DNA of 63,480 nucleotides, filler included, from Choristocarpus tenellus KU-1152 (Eukaryota; Protista; Phaeophyceae): assembly GCA_964200185.2 (NCBI GenBank). It is 12 parts of 12 records of this genome, joined end to end, with 100 filler letters (N's around TTAATTAATTAA, not from the genome) between each part and the next. Parts side by side here need not be neighbours in the genome. Positions count along the whole stretch, not along the records: positions 48,353 to 60,610 come from CAXNAD020001908.1; positions 60,711 to 63,480 come from CAXNAD020024895.1; 10 more parts are not named here. One strand, 5' to 3'. A program made the position numbers and the translations under genes. Shown here one piece after another: positions 48,884 through 61,583 of the stretch. Every line of letters begins with the position of its first letter. The first letter of the stretch is position 1. The notes beneath the pieces are model-generated. The model saw only the letters and a program-made list of their open reading frames with translations. It ran no database searches and had not been told where the DNA came from.

Positions 48884-51609
48884 CCTTGCAGGGTCCTGGA
48901 GTTGGTGCTGAGGACTCCAAAGCCAGTGCTGTACTGCACCAAGTTGCGGACCTCTGTTTTGTCAGCAGATTGTTAATGTTTTGCGTTGACGAGGAAAGAA
49001 AGGGTTAGGGGGAGGGGTGGGAGCTCAAGGCTCCACAAAATAAGTGTGTGTGGGAAGGGGGGGGGGGGGAATGAAAAAGTTGAGGCAACCAAACTTGGTA
49101 TGTAATAGGCTTGAATGTAAACCACGAAAACTACCACAGTGCCCTCTGCCTTGGGGCTAAAATGTTCGTCTGAGTAGATTTTACATTCTGCAACTGTCCT
49201 TTCTTTCCATCCCCCACACGGCACCACCACACCAACAAATCAAAAAACAAAAAATGCAGCAAAAATAAATAAATATATATATATATATTTTACACAAACA
49301 ATAGCAAGATACGATGTTTTACTTCAATTGGAAATAGCACTGCTTTACACTTACCATTTCTGGAATTAAAGAAAAGAAGATAATTTCGCGATCTCACCCT
49401 CGGTCTTGGTCAGGCGTGCTGCCCCTTCCTGATGCGCCTGTATCCTTGCCGACAACGCCTCCTCCTCAGGGGTCCTCTGCACCCCTCCCACGCTGCCATG
49501 ACCTGTAGAAGGTTGATGTCCGGTTGCCTTCTTCTCCTGCGATTCTGCACTCATAGAAGCGCGCCGGCTCGTGTAACTGATTCTACAGCCCCAGAAGGAA
49601 CATAGAATTAATTGCAAGGCAGGAATGGCATCAATCACACCAGAGGTATGAGGAGACACGCCAGTTACAAGTAACTTATGAGCAGGTTGCCACTGGGGGA
49701 CGGGGGGGAAGGGAGAGACCATAATTCAACTGCTGTATGGTTGACGGTGGGAGCACTAACACCATGAGCAATGTTGTTGAAAATAGATTTGACAGAGGAA
49801 CCAAGTCAGTAAGACAATAGAGTCCAGGGACCACAGAAGGGGGGAGGACGAGGTGAAATGCAGAGACCTTTCGTGATTTGGGGGCTAGAGGGCAGAAAGC
49901 TTTCAAAGAAAGAAAAAAAGCTCGGCAGTAAAGTGGTGTTCAACCTCTGTGATGGCATACCCAGTCAAATTCACAACTTACAGCAAGCTATTGTCATGTA
50001 CTGAGTGGCGGAGGCATACTGTGGCATCTTCAAAGCGGAGGCAAATATTGTTCACCTGAAGACTGCAGGACGATCGGTGTCTTTAATGTCCTGTCCTATT
50101 CATCAACTGTTGGATGATAAAAAAACACTAATGTAATATCGTCATCTACTCCTTACTTCACTACCAAGACCTTCAGATCAATGTCCGTCAACCATTCTGG
50201 TATACACCTGCACTGTTAGGGTATGTCACTACTTTCCGACATAGCCCTTTCCTGTATGAGGAGAACCCAAAAGTATAATAAGGTGGATCACATCCAAGCT
50301 CTATTCTAAGCACCAATGTGGACGGAGTGCATGTCCTCACTAGTCCTACACTGTAGGTTGTATTAGCCACGAGTATAATGGTGTGGTATGAAGACTTGGA
50401 AGAAACCAGCAAGAAGGTAGAGAGGAGGAGCGATACGTGGACTCACAAGGATATTGGTCTCAAGTAAATTCTTCGCAAGACTCTAACGCTCACCCCTTTC
50501 TTGCTCCAGCACTGATCAGAAGCTTTGCCTGGGTCAGTCGCGAATGAGCTGCAAGAAAAAAAAAAGGAAGGAGTTCCAGCAACATTAGTCCAAAGTAAAT
50601 GAAAGGTACCCAGTTTTTTTTTTCTGTTTTGCATTTAGAGCCAGTTCAATTCTATTGCAATTCACCCATATTTCTAAGGATAAAGTGCTAGGTTTGACTT
50701 GAGAGGGTTTATTTCTCTATTTTTTTGAAAGTTTAAAACACATTTCGGAAACTATCCTTTGCGCGTTTTAAAGAAAAGTCGAAGTTTGCACTTTTTTTTC
50801 GGCATCCTTAAAATGCAACTCTTCTGGGTACCTCCTGCGTACTTTGATGCATAGGAGGAACCACACACACAGATTACACAAGCAGGGGAATTGAGGATGA
50901 CATTAATCAGAGATGCCTTGCAATAGACACCATTCTACTGTCTGGGGAACCAAACAAAAAAAGTCAAGTCGTGAATAACGGGTGGGGGGAGAAGGTTGGA
51001 CGGTCATGTTGAAGTTGGGTAAGCAAAAGGAGGACGAGGGGTCAAGGTAGGGAATTGGAGCATCCAACACCCTTCCTCCAGAGCTATCTGCACGTGAGAG
51101 GTGGAGGGGAAGGTAGAATTCTTGATTTAAATTGTGCGGAGGTGCTCCACTTTTAGAAAATGTACTTTTGCGATGTTACTCTTCAAAGTGCGCAACAAAA
51201 TGGAGGGGTGTTGACCTTTTGAGCAAAAGGTTCGTACGCTCTAGTTTCTTCATCTGTCGAATACGTTCAGCAGAGATTCCACAAGGTATCTCGCTGCTAT
51301 GTTGCAACGTTGCTGACTTCGGCAAACCCACAAAAGGGGATAGGGACTTGCTCACACTGCAAAACAAGGGTTAGTATATTGGTGTCATGATCATTCAACT
51401 CTCCCAATCATTCTCCGCATGACTCCACAAATAACCGCAGATTCCAACAGGAAATGATCAAGACAAGAGATAGGACTATAGTACAATAAAGTCGAGGATA
51501 TAGCATATGGGCATGGTGAGAGAGAAAACATACATGAAGAGGTGTGAAAAGCTCGACCTCCTGCCAGAAGCAATGAAGATACCACTCCGCACAGCCCACG
51601 GGATCTCAT
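48884..51609 (-). CDS. HOZ: Plastid-targeted HOZ/HugZ-like split-barrel heme-binding protein, exons 51534-51609, 50494-50548, 49398-49582, 48884-48953 (3' part off contig)
   Basis: Spliced MRSRGLCGVVSSLLLAGGRA-FHTSSSHSRLTQAK...RRASMSA...IQAHQEGAARLTKTEEVRNLVQYSTGFGVLSTNSRTLQG resembles Arabidopsis HOZ (IQTHEEKAARLSPVEEIRTVL...GMLSTFS). Phases 1 and 2 and 1 are consistent across the four exons. Confidence 0.82.
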
Positions 51610-52811
51610 GGCTTTTCCCCACAAAAATCGAGCAGAGCACCCAAGGGAAACGTTTATACCAGGGCGGACAGGGGGAACAAAGGGGTTGGTAAGTCCCTCA
51701 AATCTTTAGTGTTGTGTGCTTCATAGAAATGATGAGACAAATTGAAATACTACTACTGAGTGATGAGATTGAACAAGCAATTACAAAACATCACCTAAGA
51801 CTCAAGATCAACACAAGAAGCAAGCTTCTCTCAGGGTAGACTCTAAGTCTAGGCTACAGCCAGGTCACTGCACAGACTAGACCACTATTGTTGGGACTGA
51901 CACATTTGATTTCTTTGTCCCACTCTTCCTGCCTTCCTGATCTATACAGATCTCCAATAAAATAGTAGTACATCGACCTCCAGTGGAAGGAATAGTATAC
52001 GGAAAGGAAGATCGTTACCAGGAAACATTTTGTTATCAATAAAAAAAGTGGGGTTCGAAAAGCTAAATAATATGAGAAATCTATGGCAGTTATGAACAAG
52101 TAATAGTAAAAAACAATCAGCACACTCTTAACACAGCAAAGCAAGACTCACAGGAAAAATTAAGTCAAATCACCTGGGCTCACCCTTTGGTGTCAGACTT
52201 AAAGTAAAACATCCACAACATAAACACCCCACTCTTGACCACCATCAGGGTGGGTGGTAGGGGATTTGCTCAGAGTCGGGGGCTTAACCACCCAACTCAG
52301 AATCGGCTAATGCTGCACTATCTGCGCCCGCCTATTTATCTACCCATCTCTGTGCCTCTGCAAGTCCAACACTTTTCAAAAAGGTTGCGCAAACTATGAC
52401 CTATCTATCTGTTAATATTATGTTCTACGAAGTACCCCATCACCAACCCAGAGTACATACATTTTTCATCTACCCCCACTATTTAAAACACAGATCAAAG
52501 TTTTGCATACAAAACAAAAAACTATCCCTACTTAGGTACTCTGGAGTGCATCATAATTGTTGGGGGGGTTTTCTGTGTGGCTGGGGTGCTGAGTAAGATC
52601 AAGGGTTTTTATGTACATATCTAAGAGGGGTATCTAGTTGATATTATTTGCACATAAATTTGGAGGGTAAGGTAAAGTGTAGGATAATTGCTAATCAGAA
52701 ACAGCAGTTAGTTGATGAAGGAGGGTTTGTGTTTGATTGAGCACATATATAGTTAGTAGAGTTACTCAAATACCTACTATCTACAGCCCTCACTATGAGC
52801 CAAAACTAATT

Positions 52812-53287
52812 AATGGAGAGGAGGTAGGCAGGTTTGGGTTCTTCTGCATTCAAAGCTGTCTTTCTTACCCTGTGCAATACACTCTATTTCATTGCTTTAT
52901 GCGCAAGATAATGTATGCAAAGTTGATATTCTCCCTTTCCACACACAAAGTGAGACCACAACTCACAAAGGCTCTTCCTACAATTGTACAAAATTGCAAG
53001 TATTGCCATTCTTCTTGAGATCCTTAAAAAGCAACCGAGCCAAACCAATTGAGAGGTAGAAAGGGTTGCAGTTTAAGAATCTCAAGAAATAGCAAAAATA
53101 ATCTTTTTTGTACAATTGGAGAAAGAAGCTTTGCTGAATTGTGTTGCCACTTTGTGTGTGGAAAGGGGAAGAGCAGTTTTGCTTGCACTATCTATGTGTG
53201 CATAAAGCAATGAAATAGAGTGTATTGCACAGGGTAAGAAGGATGACTTACAATGCCAAAGGACCCAAACTCGCCTATCTCTCCATT
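52812..53287. mobile_element. Foldback (long inverted repeat) element, ~225-bp imperfect arms and ~27-nt loop
   Basis: ttcttaccctgtgcaatacactctatttcattgctttatgc versus its reverse complement near 53200-53240, with pairing continuing to the centre (ttcttgagat...gcaacc / ggttgc...atctcaagaa). A half copy lies at 62241-62485. Confidence 0.85.
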
Positions 53288-54658
53288 GGGTGTGCCCATA
53301 CTCTGTAGACTTTGAGTCAAGTAGACTCCATGTTGTAGTGGATGGACAAAATTCCAAAATATTTATAATATCCTCAATCGAGTACTCTGCCTTGCACATC
53401 TTCTACCACTTCACGTTACTTGGACTGGGTCATCCCCCTAGTAGTATTTGATGTATTTCTTAGTGTGTATTGACTTCTTCAGATTACCTTCAACAGTCTG
53501 GGGTTGTTCAGACTAATGCGAATACTAATACTAAAAATTGTAACAGTAATAATAGTATTATGATAACTATAGTATGATATAATATAGGTGATGCAAGAAG
53601 TTGATTGATGTAGAGAGAAGAAATGCATGTCACAACAGTGGTTTGAGACATAGATCGATTTTGCCACTCCTTCTTCTGCTTCAACGTACATGTTATTGTC
53701 GCAGTAGTAGTAGCAGCAACAGCAGGAGGAGGGCTCTCTCCCTGATCCTCTATGTTCTGCATTCCTTCCAACATAATAGTAGTGGTAGTCTACGCAACAA
53801 CCAACAACAGCAAATAGTCGTTCAACGTATTTCTCAATTTCCTGCTTTAGTTTGCCCGTTCCCTCTCTTGGCCGGTCCATCCATCCACTCTTGCTCCTCT
53901 CGAATACAAATAGTCATACATATTGAGTAAATATTATGCGGACCACGATGCTTCTGTAACAGATATTGGTAATGGTGTCCCTTCCTCTATTTCGTGTTGA
54001 TTTTTTTGTTGTGGAGACAAAAAATGGTGCTATTGTCTTGCCCATTCGGCCTTGAATGCATTTCGGAGTAGATATTCAACATAAATATACACTAATACTT
54101 CGTCTCTGTTAAAATAATCTTCGCAGATATATGTACGACCACACGAACACCCTTTATTTCAGCATCACTATATTTTCATCACGATTTCTCCATGAAAAAA
54201 AAGAATACAACTGTTAAAACTATTATGTGGTGATACAATTTGTTTGTCATGATGTGACCACCATGAAAACACCTACAATTATAACACCCCTTTAATACAC
54301 GGTATCTCTACTTCAAGAAAATGGAAAGACACCTACTGCATACTTTTTTTGTTGGCTCCAAATCAATAAAAATAAAAGTTACCTACAACGCTCTGTTCAA
54401 ATTATCTTTAGGGTAGTGTTAGGGTCAGGTTTTAGAAACTGTGTATGGTTCTGTTTGCACAGCTACGAACGTCCATTTATTTACTCCATACTATTTCTTT
54501 GCAAAAGGGTTTCACTCTATGCATTCATTGATTTAAGTTTATATTCATACGAGCTAGTTCTCTTGTAATGCCAATAATGCTCTCAAAAAATTCTTTTTCG
54601 CATCCTCATTGACCATTTCTACATAACGATTGTAAAAATTTATCTAAGAATTGATATC

Positions 54659-54715
54659 ATTGGTTTCCCCCCTCACACATCTGCAAAATGTCAGAGGGCA
54701 TAAGAATAAAATATA
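54659..54715 (-). repeat. Repeat family D hairpin module, solo copy
   Basis: ttggtttcccccctcacacatctgcaaaatgtcagagggcataa. Confidence 0.7.
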
Positions 54716-56518
54716 ATTTATCTGCTTCTTCATTTAGTAATGTATCACTGCTAAAACCCGATTTTGTATATTTGATTGACGACTTGATTGTATTTTATTG
54801 GTACATAAAACCTATTCCTCATGATGGAGAATCCTGTAGAATAATCATTAAAACTTCCTGTTCTTCAACGAATCCATTGCCTTGCAATATGTATTGGTAA
54901 CTTTATATGAAACTTGTTTCACACATTTCAAATGGAGTGGTATGACGGTGTCTCATTAGGCATTTATCGTGGTGGCTACTTTTTGGGTTATCTTCCATAA
55001 GAAACAGCTGTACGATAGACGCGTCATCACTTACGCAATCAAGGACTCTGATAGAGACATGAAATAGGACATGGATGCGATTGCAAAGCATATCCTCAAG
55101 AACCTCAAGGATACCCTTCTAATGATGTTTCTTGTTTGTAGAATTTCGTGAAGTTCATTGCATTTGCCATAAACTAAAATACCTTTCTTACGTATTGTAC
55201 GAAAATTCTTGTCGAAGGACAATGCTATAATTTAAATTGGAGGCTAGTAACTGATTTTTTAAAATATTTAAATTAGATACGTAGTTTTATGTACGTAGTA
55301 GGTGTGGTTCTTGCACTGCCTGCCCTTATCTCAGCAACCGAAACTGCAATTGTATCAGCATCCCACTATTTTTATCCAAAAACTTAAATCTGAAGGAAAT
55401 AAACGAGCAGAATCATTACTTGGTATCCTTAAGGCCAAAGAGAACACTGTACGTACATCGTATCACAATTGTTTAAGCAAAACAGTTTTACCTCAGTAGA
55501 AGTCTAAATTAAACATACTTAACCACAGCCATTTCTTTCAGACTTCTAAGAAAGGTTAGACGAATGAAACCGAGGTAAGGGTTCTTTGGTTAAACGATTC
55601 TGATACAAAGTGCATGCAATGTTTGCACAGTTGACACTGGTCTTCCCACAAGACTTGCACTGCTCCTCATGGGAAGAACTGAAAAAATTGAAAACATGCA
55701 GTGCAGTGCATTTAATGTCACCCTAGTGCTCTAGATCAAGATCAAGGACTTTCAACTGCAAAATCCTTCGTATCAATCCCCTGAAAGGTGGCATGTCCAT
55801 GCTTTGCAAGTTCCTTCGGAGAGGAACAAAAAAAGTGGTGTGGGAATAAAATGACGTTGAGGATAAATTGGGACCAATCACGAAAACTGGAGGTTGCCAT
55901 GTGTTCATCATTCTGTTGGGTAGTCAGTGTTCCTCCTAGCCTTGTTCAGAGCCTCTCTCCCCAGCTTGACATCTAAAGCCTACTCAGCACTCAGCAGGGG
56001 ATAAAAACGATTTGTGAGCTAGCAACAGATGTTTCGGTTTTATTCCAACCATATGTGGACTGTTCTATGTAACCACCTATATGGACTGAAACCAGCAAAG
56101 CAATAATTACAGAGCAAACAAAATGAAAAAGGTTCCATTCTCCTGCAAAGGCATGAGGGATGCAACGCCAGGAAGTCTATAAAGCATAGTCGCATCTCTC
56201 CGCTAGAATTTCTAAAGAACAGTACCAACTACCCAACTCGTCTTCAATGATGTCATATTCCAATCGACAACAAAATCACTATCCCCTTCTGACCCTTTAA
56301 AAAAAAAACAGAAAAAATACAAACTGAAACACTTCACAACAAAAACAAACAAGCTTTCACAAAATACTGAAACATGGACTGGAAGAGCTGTAGCAAGCTC
56401 AAGGCAAGCAGACACAATCCAAAACTTAACTAAGGTATCAACCTCTCCCTTGAGAGATATGTAACGATCAACGATCTCATTCAATCACCAAAACCACCAG
56501 TGCCTATTGTACATCTAC

Positions 56519-58864
56519 CTATCCACACCCTATTCCTAAGAGCGATGCCAGTGTATCCCTCCGATTGAGAAGCTCCATGGTGTATCTATTGGAACAGGGA
56601 GGAGAGTCATGCTTGCAAGTAAGGGTGAAAGAAGCGAAGTTTGCACAAAAAAGGACCAACAGAATATACAGCAATTGACAATGGGTCTGCAAGGCATTAT
56701 GTCAACCTCTAAAGATGGGTGTAGAAGGACATCTCAAGTAAAAAAGTTTCTGGAGAATAGATGACTCTTAAGTTGTTGGTATCCAGAGTGCATATAATGG
56801 CATCCAGATCTCCATGAAAACATGTACTTTGCACGCTGCCTCTTGGTGCATGTACCCTATCTGATGGGAAAATAATAATGCATGTAATAGGATCAACCTA
56901 CTTTACGTAGGCACCTAAAATAGAAGTAGACATGGAAGGAAGAGCAAGACGATTAATTACTCCTAGGGTTCCAACAGCTTCACCTGCAACGATTGAAACT
57001 TGTGCTCTAAACGTTGAACATGGATACAAAGCTCACAGGGATAAGACATCACTCAGAGGGATAATAAAATTGCTACATTAGCCGAAAAATTGTGATTACA
57101 TTTTGTGTCCATCAGTGATCAATTTATGTGGAACACATACAGCATTGAACAGAAACTAATTAAGATTTGCTGTCTGCATCTCACTGCAAAGCTTGCCACG
57201 ACCTGTTACTTCCTTACAAAGCTACGTATCTGTACATTCGTCTTTTTCACTAAGGTGTAACATCTACAAGATATGCAATATATCTGACCTAAAAAATCAA
57301 CTCTCTTTCAGGCGCATACAATGAATCAGCTTCAGGTAAAATACAGGCAAGCAATTAGAACATCAAGGAATAATTATCCTACCATCACATCACATGGACA
57401 ATGATAGATGAATATTATTTGCAAGTGTTCAACAAATATTTCAGACTGCCACCCATCAGCCTTTACTCACCCAAAGACACCGTCCTCTAGATTCATGGCG
57501 GCATGCCCCCAATCCGATGGGACGTACATAATATCTCCTGGCCCCTGCACGCACTCCATTGGCCGTTCCTCCTCCTCCAATCCTGGATACTCTCCGCGCA
57601 CCCACGCATTGATGTGCTGGAGACTGAAGGACGCTTGCCTTGGCGTCACAACCCACCATCGTTTTGTGCCCGATAAAAGCAGATTGATGGCGTCTGAGTG
57701 GATATGGAATGGAGCTCCACTATTCTGGCCACCTATGTAGTAGTGTACACTATCAAGACCTCTTTGCCCAGTAGGCGGCGGGCACACCAAGGGATGGGGG
57801 CCACCAGTCGGGAGAGATGCCCTGACAAAATGATTCATCAAGTCATACCCCTCCTTGCAGGCTTCCGAATCAAGCTGAAATACATACTTCGGGCTCTCAT
57901 CTAGGGTCAAAACCTCACCCTCCTGAACGGAACGTGCACCGATGCCCAATACCAAGTCGGCAAAACTCTTGAGCGTCATTTGGGATACATCAAGGTTGAA
58001 AGCTCGTGCGTACGGCACGCCGCCAACATCGACAGTGCGACTTCCCCAACTTTCTATAAATGATGTTGAATCTCGATATTTGGCTCCACCCTCTCGGGTT
58101 CTGTCCAGCCACGCACCAGCGTTGCGCACCATGACTGGCTCACCCTCGCTAACTAGGCGACGAACCTCTGCCAGTGCTCGCTCCACGTCACTGCTGTCTT
58201 CCTCACCCTGCCTAACTTCCGACCTGATTGGGATAACTACCTCAGGAATCTCGCAACTTCCTCCCTTTTTGGCCGCATTAAGCTTACTGTTGAAGGAGAA
58301 ATTTAGAAAGCTCATGTTGCGTGGCTGACGCCCCACAGAATCGTAAGTGTCAGGATTTGCACCGAGGGAGAGGAGATACTCTGTGAGGTGTGTATCTCCC
58401 CATAGCTCCGCCAGGTGCAGTGGTGTCGTACCGAACTCGGGTTCAATTTCGTTAGGATCACATCCTCGTGTCTGGCACAGCTCCTGTACTGTACTCAGCA
58501 ATTCGGATGTTAAAGACAATCGAACCGGGGCTATGGGGATGTCCAGAATTTCGCCATTCCTTCTCTTTACCTTGTCCTCCATCACAAACCTATCACGAAG
58601 ACCATCTTCGTTATTGAGCACTCTTTTGGCGAGGACGGCGGCTGTGCTGATTGGAGCAGGAGTCGAGCTTTTCGACCAGTCGAAAGTCTGGGAGGCAAAC
58701 ACTTCCAGGATAGTGGTAGGGGAGCCTGAGGGGTACAACTCTTCAAGGAACACTTGCTGAGCCACACCCAGTACAGCGAACAGCACCGCAAACAGGGTTG
58801 CCAGAGTTTTCTTGTAACCCAGTTGCCGCATCCAAGCACGGGGAGTACAAATTTGGGGTGGCAT
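56519..58864 (-). CDS. Signal-anchor + ankyrin repeat + JmjC (cupin_8, JMJD8-like) protein, exons 57471-58864 and 56519-56585
   Basis: Hydrophobic TLATLFAVLFAVLGVA; ankyrin FGTTPLHLAELWGDTHLTEYLLSLGANPDTYDSVGRQP; JmjC GGQNSGAPFHIH...LLSGTKRW...CVQGPGDIMYVPSDWGHAAMNL. A phase-2 intron joins VFG to YTMELLNRRDTL...*. Confidence 0.9.
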
Positions 58865-60339
58865 CGGTGTTCGGCAGTTTTGCGTTGCTGTGACCCAAGC
58901 GATGATTGGAATGAGTTCCTAACCCCACACCTCCAACTATATATTTGACTCTCTCAAACCTCTCCATTTCTTGGGATATTCTGATCTCAGGTCTGTCCAT
59001 TAGACCGTAAACGGTTATCTAATTTCATGGAAGGTTGACTAAAGTTGATGTCAAACTTCTTTTGCTCAACTTTCTCACATCACACTCAATATAACCACTA
59101 GTATATGCTTTCATGCTGTCTAACATTTTGGAGATGTTTAAGGGGAAACCAGTCATTTTCATCCCGAATAATAACTCCTTGCTGCAAATATATTCAACAG
59201 CGAAAGAATACAATTTTTTTACGGTTCGTCTGTTCCTACATTGTTATATAATCGTAATATGGTGATGTGATAGTAGTAACATTGTGAATATTAAATTATC
59301 ATTTCTGTTCGCGAATCATTTCGTGTACATATATATTTCTACTTCTTCAATTTAATTGTAGAAGTCTTACACCATAAAAACGTACAGTTTCAATGAAAAT
59401 ATACTTGATATAAAATTTCAGCCCTTGAAACATTAAACTAAGAGAAAAAAGGAAGAGAAAGGAGTTACATCCTTCAATAAAAAGAGTGAGACACATCCCA
59501 AACACACAATATATATGGATAGTAATATAGAGATATTTAACAGCATATTATTTTTTTGGAGGATGGGGTTAGAGATTAGCACTGTATATTAAAATTAGTA
59601 AATATGTATGGGGTTATAGTTAGTATATCAGTTACCCTCTTCTTTGAACCTCTATGTTTGAATTTTGAAAATCAAACGTTGGAACAATACACACTTGTTT
59701 TATAGAGGGTTGTTTTTAGGTTTTTGTGGATTCATCATATGGTTGGCCGTTCATCCTACAGTAAACATTTTAGGGTTTGGGCTTTTACAAAAATATGAGG
59801 GTTATCATAAAAATGCCCAACGAAGATAAATGTAGAAACTTTGGGGGAAGAGGGATATAAATGTGGGTTGTGTTTCCTAATTTTGTTGTGTAATAGCGTG
59901 GAAAGAATGCCCTCAAAAAACGTGATTGAAAGGTGTGACGAAATGTGACTTGTTCGTTGTAAGTAAGACCATGTATTATGTGACATTCTTGTTCATAAAA
60001 TAAATTCAATTCTATTTTTATGAAGAAAATAGATCAAAACAACAATGGACCATAATGTAATTTGGTTAATTGTGTCATAATATTTTTGTTGCGGTTGATA
60101 TTCTTCCTACAAATAATTACGCTATCACCCATTTTTTTGTGATCGATTTTCTTCCTAATAGTAAGATTGAAAAAAAATTACCCCAACATTGTTGTTAGAT
60201 AGGAGATGGCATGAGTTCTAAGGTCACACATCACATTGATCATTGAAAACGGAACTTCGTTACGCCCCGAATATATCTATTGTAGAAGATATATTTGTAC
60301 CAAATTTTAGAGCCATCATCCATTCAAAAATATAACCCT

Positions 60340-60610
60340 ATATTTTATTATTATGCCCTGTGACATTTTGCAGATGTACCAGGGGGAAAACCAAATACAT
60401 GTCCTTATTAGCCCTAAAGAAATAAAATATCCTAAACATAAGAACACTATAAAACATTGTGTGGAAACCACTAATCAATCATTTTACTTCACTACTATCA
60501 AATATTGTACTACTGTATTCCTTATCTTCCCATCTACCTACTCCTGTGCCTCGGGGGGGGGAGCTAAGGAAGCATCCCAAGAATCCAACAGACCCCTCCG
60601 TGCCCATCTC
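60340..60610 (+). repeat. Repeat family D copy at contig end
   Basis: Collinear with 31085-31319 and with the reverse complement of 17010-17265. Confidence 0.85.
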
Positions 60611-60739
60611 NNNNNNNNNNNNNNNNNNNNNNNNNNNNNNNNNNNNNNNNNNNNTTAATTAATTAANNNNNNNNNNNNNNNNNNNNNNNNNNNNNNNNNN
60701 NNNNNNNNNNGCCACTCCCCCCTGCTGGGGCGTGGTGTC

Positions 60740-60915
60740 GGGGGGGGGGGGGGGGGGGGGGCATCTACACCAGGGTGTCGATTCGGGCCCTAACCAGGAG
60801 AAGTGCACTTACATTATCCATCCGATGCATGCAACCAAATCACCCAAAAATCGCGGCATGGAAAAATGGGCCCCAAATGGACAGCCACAACCTCCCCCCC
60901 GAGATACTTCGAGCC
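60740..60915 (-). mobile_element. MITE family A copy
   Basis: ctacaccagggtgtc...gagatacttcgagcc. Confidence 0.8.
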
Positions 60916-61337
60916 ATTAATGACAGGCGGTGGTGTGCCTCACTGCCAGTCAGACAGTTGCCCTTCCTGATCGATTCCAGAGTACAAGTCAGCACAGGCT
61001 TGCCTTGATTGGATTGATTCCTACTACACCAGAGATTCATCAGTGTATATACAAATGATTACGTCCGTGTGAACCTGCAACCTGCGACTTTTAATTCTGT
61101 CCAGGGAAGTAGTAAAACGTGCATAGCAAAATGATAAAGCCTGATCAGCATACAGAACCTCTGAGTGGTTGTAGAGGAATTTGATGGTGAGAAAAGCACA
61201 TTGTTTTACCACGTTCTAATTAACAGCAACAATATTCCATAAAGGGTGGGCACCTTTGCAATACATTTGTGATACAAGTGTGCGTAAGTGAGAGTGAGAT
61301 ATTGAGTAGTCTGAAGTGTTGGCATTGCAGAATTGTA

Positions 61338-61583
61338 GCCTCAAAGTATCTGGGAGGGGCTGGCGGATGTCCATTTTGGGTCCATCTTTCCACGTCGTGA
61401 TTTTTGTGTGATTTGGTTGCATGCGTCGGATGGATAATGTAAGTGCACTTTTCCTGATCAGGGCCCGAATGAACACCCTGGTGTAGACCCCCCCCCCCCA
61501 CATGATTTTAACCAACATTCAGTAAGTCATAACCCANNNNNNNNNNAGTGAGTCCTACCCCCCCCCCCCAGATGCTTTTAGCC
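61338..61583 (+). mobile_element. MITE family A, both termini present, 4-bp TSD TGTA (small gap inside)
   Basis: tgta|gcctcaaagtatctggg ... cccagatgcttttagcc|tgta. Confidence 0.72.
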
